A stretch of 64,000 nt of DNA from contig NC_042998.1 in the NCBI RefSeq assembly GCF_006345805.1, forward strand, positions 38,626,001-38,690,000, read 5' to 3'. A program made the position numbers and the translations under genes. Positions 54,175 through 64,000 of the stretch are shown piece by piece; position 1 is the stretch's first letter, and each line of letters begins with the position of its first letter. The DNA comes from Octopus sinensis. Its lineage: Eukaryota. The notes below the pieces were generated by a model. That model worked only from the letters and a program-made list of their open reading frames with translations, was not told the origin of the DNA and did not search any database.

Positions 54175-54280
54175 CAATTTTGTACAAAATAAGGCTTTGT
54201 TTTTTCAACATAATTGAAGTAAGGACCGGACCTTACTTCAATTTTGTTGAAAGAACAAAACCTTATTTTGTACAAAATTG
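54175..54280. repeat. Near-perfect hairpin, about 50-bp arms and a 6-nt loop
   Basis: caattttgtacaaaataagg...gaagtaagg-accgga-ccttacttc...ccttattttgtacaaaattg. Confidence 0.9.
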
Positions 54281-54454
54281 GTTCCGGAGTTCATATCCTG
54301 GTAGAAAAACTAATTAAGCAATCTTACAAACCATGCGGACAATGATTGCCTAATTTGAGCTTATATCTTAATTCTTATCTTTTGTCTCGGGTTCGACCCG
54401 AGCACTTCTTAAGCAGTTCTTTATTTTTAGAAGAGCAAACAGTAATATAATATA

Positions 54455-54797
54455 CTAGCAGAAATACCCGGCGTTACCCGGGTTAAAGAAAATAATAAAA
54501 TTAAAAAATGCCTTTAAGATCTCTAAATATCCATTTTCCTGAAAGTTGAGCGAATTGAAGTGGACTCCGATGACTTTTCGAAAATCCCCCCACCCTTGCT
54601 AAAACACTTCCTCCACCAAACTTTTGTATATTCGAAATCTACATGATATAACACATTCGTAGAATATTTAATTAAAAAAAATATCCGTTTTTTTCTGAAA
54701 GTTATGATCATCCAAAATCGGGGGTGGAGATAGAAATCTGTAGTTATGCCCTGTTGACGATTGATCAATTAAATGAAATCTCCGTATGAAACTATTT

Positions 54798-54840
<43 letters not shown>

Positions 54841-55341
54841 GGTATATTTCTTACACAAACAGAAAGCAGGAGAAGAATATAACATATTAAATTAACTTTA
54901 GAAATTCGTTTTTTATCTGAAATCGTCAGAACTATAATGATGTATACATACGTGTGTGTGTGTGTGTAAATAGCTGGTTACTTAGTTACTATGTTGACAT
55001 TGATAAAACAGTTAGGTGAAAGTCAATTTGCGCCAAGAATAATCACATGAGATTTAAACATTGAAATATAAAAATGTCCGAAATATGTATTGGAAAATCA
55101 ATGTATGATATACAGTGCCTCATTTAATTAATCGAGAAAAATGCGTCTATCTCCGTTTGAATTTTTTTCTGGCATGAAAGTACCTTTAGAAATTTTTTTT
55201 TTTTCATCTGAAATCGTCAGAACTGTAATGATGTATACATACGTGTGTGTGTGTGTAAATAGCTGGTTAGGACGCCAAAGACATTAAGTTCAAACACAGG
55301 AATTTGAGAAAAAGATTTGAGGAAGTGAATCTTTATATAGA
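54455..55341 (-). mobile_element. Probable non-autonomous Helitron
   Basis: Minus-strand 3' end has hairpin acccgg/ccgggt (54466-54483) then CTAG-T. Putative 5' TCTATATAAAG near 55341. Internal direct repeat of about 85 bp. Confidence 0.55.
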
Positions 55342-55364
55342 GAGCAATATCATTTATTCAACAA

Positions 55365-55485
55365 GAGGGCCAATAGAATAGGTACCAGGCTTTAAAAATA
55401 AAATAGATTCCGAGATCGATTTCTACAGAAATTTCGAGGCGGAGCCCTAGCATGGCCGCAGACTAAAACAAGTAAAAGATAAAAG
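55365..55485 (+). mobile_element. SINE family A 3' fragment
   Basis: ctagcatggccgcagact..aacaagtaaaag tail. Confidence 0.65.
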
Positions 55486-56131
55486 AAAACATAGAGACAG
55501 ACACACTTGCACACACATACGAAAATACACACACACACACACGCAAATTCGTACAGTTCTTGTATTTTCCATTGAACTTCAACTCGTGAACATTTTCGCC
55601 CTGGTTCTTGTGATGACTGAGCGGATCGCAACAAGATACTAATCGAAAGGATTTCGTTCATTTTAACTTTCAGAACGTTATTTCTAAAATGAAATGTATT
55701 TAATAACACAGCAATGTCAGTGGAGAAAACTGTGTGAGAACCTGTTGTATCATATGATTTCTCATCAAATCTTTTGCCAAGAAGAGAGACGATGATTAAA
55801 CGTGTTATTTTGCACAATTTCACAATGGGTTACTTTTAGGTTGATCTTTTGAATGTCTATGCAGCTACGTAACAAAAGCGCGCATAGCACTATAAAGGAT
55901 TTGGTGAATGGTGCTGCTCTAATTGTTTGATTTGTCGTTTATGATTTCATTATTCCCATGTTCCATTGTACTTCCTGATCAATGCTGAGACACAAGTGTA
56001 CATGCACTTATCTTTATCCGTGCATATAGATGCACAGTATATATCCCCGTGCATGACTATATATCCCAACTCATCGCCATCACATATATCAGAACTATAG
56101 CGGATATATACATTTAGCGTGAGGTGGGTGG

Positions 56132-56167
<36 letters not shown>

Positions 56168-56262
56168 CAACAATTGAGGGTAAAATTAATTAATTATTAA
56201 TCAGTTTCACCAAGTGTTCAGTATGTAAAGGGACCATTATAGGCGAATTCAAAATATTACAT

Positions 56263-57055
56263 TATATATAAGGGCTTAGTAAAATAAATTACTTTGCCAC
56301 ATACTGAACTCATTAGAAATAGCAGCTAAAGAAATTTCTTCAGCTATTTCTAATACTTAAAGATCTCTCTCAGATAGTGCTTGCCTAAACTAACTCACAA
56401 AAGTATGGGGGAAAAAACATTAAAAAATCAAGTGCAAAGGTTATTTGAGAACGTACGTTTCTAGATTAGTCAATTCGACATTTCTTTCTTCAGCTCAGAA
56501 TTCCTTGAATCGGATTTGGGAACACTGAAAGTCGGGAGCATACCCTTTCGGCTTCTAATCACCTCTAGAATTCTGCTCGAACTAAAAGTGCTATCAAATT
56601 GTTGAAATTATAATTCATCTCTCTTTGCTAAATTCTGCGGTTTTCACAGTTAATACATGGTGTTTGTCAATTTTAACCCACGCTGGTGGAAAGGCGAGAG
56701 CAGAAATTCTTCGCTTGCATATTCGAATTTGATAGCACTTTTAGTTCGAGCAGAATTCTAGAGGTGATTAGAAGCCGAAAGGGTATGCTCCCGACTTTCA
56801 GTGTTCCCAAATCCGATTCAAGGAATTCTGAGCTGAAGAAAGAAATGTCGAATTGACTAATCTAGAAACGTACGTTCTCAAATAACCTTTGCACTTGATT
56901 TTTTAATGTTTTTTCCCCCATACTTTTGTGAGTTAGTTTAGGCAAGCACTATCTGAGAGAGATCTTCTTTAAGTATTAGAAATAGCTGAAGAAATTTCTT
57001 TAGCTGCTATTTCTAATGAGTTCAGTATGTGGCAAAGTAATTTATTTTACTAAGC

Positions 57056-57068
<13 letters not shown>
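56263..57068. repeat. Long near-perfect inverted repeat (about 335-bp arms, 125-bp spacer)
   Basis: 56263-56600 is the reverse complement of 56726-57068. By eye the only difference is one 3-nt indel. Confidence 0.95.
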
Positions 57069-57123
<55 letters not shown>

Positions 57124-57562
57124 CAAATATAAAATATAAATTACAAAGTGGGACAAGAATGCAAAAACACACAAAGAGACGACACAAAAAAACAGACGGG
57201 TCACTCGAAGCCTCTAATCTTCAGTCGGAACCGGATCATCTTAGTAATTTCGGCTGTTTAATCTCGATATCACTCCGAACCGACCAGCCCCAAGAACTAA
57301 GCCACAGGCATTAGATTTCTTAGAAAGAGGACGAATGTATACGAAACAAAGATAGGATGCCACACGAATATAAATACAAGAAACAAAAATAGAAATAAAA
57401 AACAAGAATGGTTAGCAGGACAAACACAACGGGCGTCTTACGACTTTAGACAATTTTTAACTTATCTTGGCTGGCGTATTTGAAAAAAGCCTTTGCGGCA
57501 AATATATTTACATGCATTTATATGCATGCAGGTATGTATGTATATATGTACGCATGTATTTA

Positions 57563-57593
<31 letters not shown>

Positions 57594-57790
57594 GTATATA
57601 TATATATATATTTATATGCATTTAGGAGTTAAGTAGGGGATTCTGTAATTGAGTTCTCATTCGTTGCACGTGTGCGAGTCTAGCGCGCATTTCGCTTCAG
57701 TTGATTTTATACATGTTATACTAATTCTGTCTATGTTTCTATTCATATTTCTGTTTATACTTGGCAAAATCTTATAGCATGTAACCAAGT

Positions 57791-58110
57791 ATGGACGTAA
57801 GTGAAACGAGATATCACGTCGGTTCTTTTGAAAGTAGTTTTAAAGCCCTCTTGCAACTCATCGGTTTTCTTTCCGACAAACTGACAAAATTAAAACCACT
57901 GTCTAACCACGTATGGTATCTGAAGACCATCTGCACACTACATGCAGTCAAGTGTAGAACCATGAAGAAATCAATGTTAAATGGAAGTGTATCTAAGAGG
58001 TGCAATCTTTGCGTAGCCGAAAGATCAGTCGTTCGCTTTAGATCCAAGAATCCCTCCACACTACTTAATCGCAGCTCCAACATTTACTCACAAATTGAAC
58101 AGCTGCCTCA
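57791..58110 (+). pseudogene. Penelope-like GIY-YIG endonuclease remnant
   Basis: YHVGS.ESSFK, LSNHVWYLK, KRCNLCVAER and LLNRSSNI, matching PLE C-terminal motifs (CxLC..EK, LLNKR.E). Confidence 0.75.
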
Positions 58111-58799
58111 CAAAATTTGCGCTCCCCCCACCACCGTTGAATTATTCTACAGTGGCTAGAGGATTAATCATTTTTTCTACGGACAAAAAGAACACAACCG
58201 TTGCTTTTCTTTTTTTTTCCGGTTTTATTCACCTTTTCTCTTCTCATTCCACATTTTCTATCAAATTTTTCGCTTTTTCTCTTTCGTGTTTTCTCATATA
58301 TCAGCATCCTGGTTTTCACATAGGATAAACACTGTGCACTGAGCCGGAAAGAATGCTTGAAGACACGAGGCACATTATATAAATCTGCCGAATTACCGTA
58401 TATCCATGGCATGAAACAATTAATAGCTCTTATCTTAATATTGTGTACAATAAACTACACACATACACGCACGTACATGCACACACATGTGTATTTGTAT
58501 GTATGTATTTATGTATAGATTTATATGTATATATGTATGTATGTGGGTATATATATATATATATATATACTGTATATATATATATATATATACTGTATAT
58601 ATATATATATATATATAATATATATATATATACATACACACACACACACATATATATATACACATATGTGTGTGTGTGTGTGTATACACACACACACACA
58701 TACACACACAACTCCCTCATGCACCAAATGCCAATTTCTAAAAAGAATTAGTGAAGTGAAATTATGTAGCAACACCAAATGGCGGTGTGACAGCTTGTG

Positions 58800-59480
58800 A
58801 GCTGAAATTATATATGAATGAAAACAAAATGCATGCAGTCAGTAGACATAAAACAGGGTCGAATAGAGGTGGAAGGCAGTGAAATCGAGGAGGAAAAAGG
58901 AGTATGTCTACTTAGGGCAAACAATGAATATATGTCCAGATATGGATGCTGAAATCTCAGAGAGAATAAGGGCAGGATGGAAGGCATTTACCATCAATAA
59001 AGGATGGGCTCAAAACAAAGACAGACAAAACCATGTGTGCCAGACTCTTCAGTAGTTCTGTCCAACCTGCACCCTCATACACAAGGGAGATGTGGTTACT
59101 ACGAAGAGGATAGAACATTGATTGGCTACAATGCAAAAGGCCATGGAAAGATCCGTGCTTGGATTATCATTACGAGAATAGATTCGAAATGAGATCATTC
59201 GGGAATGGAGCGGAGTGAACGACGTGATTGCAGAATACCAAAGTCACAAGTTCCACTGGGTCAGACATGTTGCAAGGTTTACAGACAACAAATGGACCCG
59301 TGCAGTTGCTGAGTGGTACCCAAAAGATTGGAAAATGTTACTTAGAAGGCCTCCACGACCATAAGAAGATGATTTAAGTCAAGCAATTTGGGTCGGGGTG
59401 GGCACGACTAGCGCAATCCAGACAGGATTGTACGTGCATTGCGACTTGTGGTGTATCTGATGGTCTAGTCGATACTGTGA
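58800..59480 (+). mobile_element. RTE-clade LINE 3' fragment
   Basis: EYVYLGQ, EISERIRAGWKAF, MERSVLG, IRNEIIRE, KFHWVRHVARFTDNKWT..EWYP and RPP. Confidence 0.85.
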
Positions 59481-60039
59481 CATACATACATGCTTACATG
59501 TATACACACACACATGCATACATACATACGTACATGTATTTGTTATCAGTGATGGGACCTGTGTTAGACAAATTAGGCATAGTACATCTTATTAAAACAG
59601 ATACACAGTTGAAAGCCTACGAAACTGCGAGAAGGCATTTCCTATAGACGTATCGGGTCACGAAATGCTTAAACATATCAGCAGCTGACGACAACTCAGA
59701 GGATGAAATTAAGAATAAGATGCTGACACGAGATGTGATGAACTTCCTTATATTTTAAACCTGTACATTGAACCTACCTTGAGGATACACGAGTTTAACA
59801 CTGAGAGTTGGTGTTGATGTAATTCACATGGATTCATATGAAAACAGTGCAGTCGGATTTAATTACTTACATCGTTACTTGTAGCGTCCCTGAGTTATAT
59901 TCTGGAGTTGGTGGAGATTAACACACATGAAACAAATTAAGAATAAAATAGTTCAATCTGACTTGATTAACCAGTATCGCCCTTAGTCGCACCGGCTAAG
60001 TTCGTCCCTAACTGAATATTTATCGCTTGCTTATACATT

Positions 60040-60140
60040 AGATCGACCCCAGTACCCAACTGGTACTTAATTTATCGACAACGAAAGGATGACGTTGACC
60101 TCGGCGGAATTTGAATTCAGAACGTAAAGACAGACGAAAG
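60040..60140 (-). mobile_element. SINE family B fragment
   Basis: gatcgaccccagtacccaactggtac...ggaatttgaattcagaacg. Confidence 0.75.
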
Positions 60141-60369
60141 ACAGTTAAAGTTTATGGAATGTATTGTTGGCAAACAAACCTAGTATCGGCAATTACAGTT
60201 CTTGTGTTCGTATATATATATGTACGTATGTGTCTGCATAGAGATGTGTACATAATTATGTAGATATATATATATATGTGCATATACCTATGTTTATGTG
60301 TGTGCGTGTGTATGAGAGAGAGAGAGAGAGAGAGAGAGGTGTGCGTGTATTTTTATTATCATAAGTGTA

Positions 60370-60620
60370 AGGCATCAAGCTGGCAGAATCGTTAGCACGC
60401 CGGGCGAAATGCTTAGCGGTATTTCGTCTGCCGCTACATTCTGAGTTCAAATTCCGCCAAGGTCGACTTTGCCTTTTATCCTTTCGGGGTCGATTAAATA
60501 ACTACCAGTTACGCACTGGGGTCGATGAATCAAGTACCAGTTACGTACTGGGGTCGATGTAATCGAGTGGCCTCCTCTCCCCAAATTTCAGCCTTTTTGT
60601 CTATAGTAGAAAGGATTGTT
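60370..60620 (+). mobile_element. SINE family B, full length with an internal duplication of about 30 bp
   Basis: Intact gcggtatttcgtc site. Duplicated taccagttacg(c/t)actggggtcgatg. Confidence 0.88.
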
Positions 60621-61081
60621 ATGTGTATGCAATAGATATGAATGTATGCATATATATATATAATTAATAGCAATTACGTTAGTAAGGCAAATTAATAAAA
60701 GTAAATTATTAATTACTTTCTTGATAATAGATGTTTCATTTTAACTTGGGTTCTAATTCAGCAACATGGCATAATTCATTCCATATTAAGGTATCTTATG
60801 CTTTTCTCGCCTGCACCAATATAATTACATATTGTTCTTAATAAAATATTCTAAAATAGCAATCAGATTTTAATTCCTAACTTGAATATCAATATGAATT
60901 AGTTTCACTTTATTCCCTCTCATTTCTTCGAATAATAGGTTCTTTTTAGCCTCTTCCAGTTTATCACGTTGTTTATCAATTTTCATCTCTTATTTATACG
61001 AATTTAAATACATCTCAGAACGTAAGCACACATTTAACGTTGTGATTTTGAACTTAATCTATGTGCGTGTATCTACGGCAC

Positions 61082-61112
<31 letters not shown>

Positions 61113-61763
61113 GCGCGTGTGTTTGTGCACATGTTGGGCAGAGCTAATCTACATCTGCACTTAACCAAGGGACTCTCCACACACGTTAAGTTAATTGAAA
61201 CACTATCCTTATGATATATCATTATATCATTTTGACAGCATACAAGCTAATATCTTCCTTGAGGCGAGATTTCTGATTTCTTGTCAAGTTGAGACGCAGC
61301 AGGTGGACGTTACTGAAAAACGTGATACATAGCGTAGTTAACCTAGTCTACAGAATATAAATCTATTCCTCACTGTGATTCAGATCTCCTTGACAAAGAA
61401 TCTTTGATCACTTCCCGTTAAAAATATGCATACAATTAATCTATGAAATAAAAAAAGATTTGCTTGGATGCTGGCTTAAATATACGCTCCCACTGTTTCT
61501 ATATTCCTTGTGTTTGACATTCTACAAATCTATTATAATCCTTTCATATGTCACTAAATGTTCGGTGGCGTATCACCCAAAAATATTCGAAGGTGAATTG
61601 CCTGAAGGAGCGGCGATTTATGAGAACACAAACTTGCATAAGATTACATGATGTTTCATAAAGTTCCATGGCATGTTGTGTATTATAACCTGTGTCTTAA
61701 AGAAAAACGCTACAAAAATATGTGGAGTAATACCCAAAATACATATTTCTTTTATTTTCATTC

Positions 61764-61790
<27 letters not shown>

Positions 61791-61794
<4 letters not shown>

Positions 61795-62030
61795 CTATGT
61801 TTGGGAAGAGTCATTCTCTATTAGTGCCTATTAGTTAAATAATAATTTAACACACCGGTAAAGTTTCCACTCATTTACTCATACGAAAAATAAAAGAGCA
61901 AATGAGTGGAAGTTTTCCGGTGAGTGTGTTATGAGGCACTAAAAGGGAATGACTCTCCCTAGACACAACAAAATATGCTTCAACACACGAACTCGTATAA
62001 AGAATCTTGCAAACTAAATCCAAAAGCTAA
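61791..62030. mobile_element. Foldback element with an asymmetric tail
   Basis: gagtcattc..tagtgcct..ttccactcattt pairs with aaatgagtggaa..aggcacta..gaatgactc. Same tail as 41968-42024. Confidence 0.75.
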
Positions 62031-62095
62031 GTATATATGTGTATGTGTGTGTGTGTGTGTGTGTGTATGTATATATATATATATTATATATATAT

Positions 62096-62149
<54 letters not shown>

Positions 62150-62668
62150 CATATATATATTAATACTTTTCTCTCTGTATTACGTGTTCGTTTCTCTCTT
62201 TTTCCCCTTTGTGATTTTATTTTTGATTTTCTATATAAATGAAGATATTTTCTCCGTCTGGCTGCTTCTCTCTCTACAAAAACGGAAAGTTACATTGCGG
62301 CACAGTCATTTTAACGGGTTGTATCTATTTATCACCCGACGAGATACATCTTCACCACTGGATGCTCCTGAACCAGTTGTTGAGTGTTTCCACCCATAAG
62401 GAATCAATGCTAGATGCGTCTAAACAATTGTCGCGATTAATAATAAATTCTCTTATATTCCATCTTCTGCTTTTCATTTGCCATGTGTGTGTGTGTGTGA
62501 AATACAAAATGGGACAAGAACGCAAAACATCCGAACAGTTAGGTGATACAAAAATGGGACAACAAAACATCCAGATAGACGATACAAAGAAAACAAGGAC
62601 GGGTCATTCGAAGTTTTCTTTCCTATTATTGAACTCTACTATTTCCCTCTATTTAACTCTCTCTTATC

Positions 62669-62716
62669 GTATCTGATGAAGGGATATCCTTCGTATTCCT
62701 GAAACAGCTGTAAGAC
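62669..62716 (+). ncRNA. Minimal type I hammerhead ribozyme
   Basis: guau-CUGAUGA-agggaua/uauuccu-GAAAC-AGCU-GUA-agac. The downstream 80 bp is homologous to the flank of the 34525 copy. Confidence 0.78.
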
Positions 62717-62954
62717 TGACTTTCTCTTTATAGATGTACTAAAAATTCCATACAGCCTTGGCTTTGTAGTCTCATTTTATTTAACACACACACACACATA
62801 CATATATAAATGTCGAACAATGATAATGAGTGCTCAACACCGCATTAGTGGGTAACATTTATTTGTGTATTAAGGCTACCATTGGTTTCATGTTAAGAAA
62901 AATATCTTAATAATATCTTAACTTTTCAAGCTGATCACATGGAGGAATGGTGTT

Positions 62955-63092
62955 TCTGGTACTTATTCAATCGACCCAGAAAGGATGAAAGGCAAAGTCG
63001 ACCTCGGCGTAATTTGAACTCACAACGTAACGGCAGACGAAATACCGCTAAGCATTTCGACCGACGTGCTAACGTTTCTGCCAGCTTGCCAT
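62955..63092 (-). mobile_element. SINE family B, 3'-truncated
   Basis: Reverse-complement match including the head. Confidence 0.85.
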
Positions 63093-63554
63093 CTTATCAG
63101 CGTCAAGCTATATATCTATCTCTCAATATGGAATTCTTGCTGTTAGCATTTCTAAAAGACTGACACAGAAAACACTGTGGACAATAGTAAAAGTTTTAGT
63201 CTATTGTTGGCGAGGCCTGTTAGCTACTTCTTCGCGCAGTCTGAGAACAACATTTTCATTCACCAGCAACAATAGGAGCAACTGCTGCGACATTTCCAAA
63301 TCAGTCTGTATGAAGCTAAGCCCATGACAAGAAAGAGTTGACGAAGCGGGGAATTAAAGACAATTGCTTGCTTCAAAGGTAGAAAGATAAAAATCTTAGT
63401 TAAAACAAAATATTTATCTTAGGCGCAAGAAATCTTTATGTACGATAGAGTTGCCTCAATTCTGAGATGGATTATACTAAATATATCACATTCGTGTAGT
63501 ATGTATGTGTGTGTGATATATATATATTATAATTATAATTATTATTATTATTAT

Positions 63555-63807
63555 TATTATTAAAATTATAAATTAGGGTATCTACGAGATACCACCATGC
63601 TGAAAATAGCAGCCATGATCTGACTCCAAAACCACCTTAATTGTCCATATAGCAACACGGAGAGAAAACAAAGAGACAAGATGAAACTAGTAAAAAATTA
63701 CTGGATAATTCTATATGGACAATTAAGGTGGTTTTAGAGTCAGATCAGGGCTGCTATTTTCAGCATGGTGGTATCTCGTCGATACCCTAATTTATAATTT
63801 TAATAAT
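63555..63807. repeat. Foldback inverted repeat (about 97-bp arms, 58-bp spacer)
   Basis: 63555-63652 is the reverse complement of 63711-63807 with few mismatches. Confidence 0.9.
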
Positions 63808-64000
63808 TATTACCTTTGAAGGTTATTTTTTCCATGCAGGCCACTTGATAAAATCGTTATTTTATTTTAAATTAACGATCTTACCCTTATATATATATAT
63901 ATATAGTTAGGTGATAGCACGTGTATTATTAATGCTGCATTGCATTTCTTGGTGAATATGCGAGCGCGTAATTATTCAAAATTGTGTCAGCAACAGTAGT

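Overview
AT-rich eukaryotic repeat DNA (intergenic or intronic), probably from Octopus or another coleoid cephalopod; this is inferred from the SINE types and the dense (CA)n/(TA)n/(TAA)n microsatellites. No host protein-coding exon can be supported, and almost all listed ORFs are microsatellite artefacts or decayed transposon fragments. The window holds three tRNA-derived SINE families, two mariner relics, LINE fragments of the Tx1, CR1-like, R4/Dong-like (RLE) and RTE types, Penelope GIY-YIG remnants, a probable non-autonomous Helitron, several foldback inverted repeats and a 100-N gap. Two systems stand out. (1) A Tx1-like LINE is inserted at an AAATACC site inside a SINE, and a subfamily of that SINE carries this LINE's 3' end and inserts at the same site in other copies of its own family, building head-body-body arrays. 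(2) At least five recognisable minimal type I hammerhead ribozymes, plus several decayed ones, occur with palindromic stem III in short Penelope-like terminal-repeat units.
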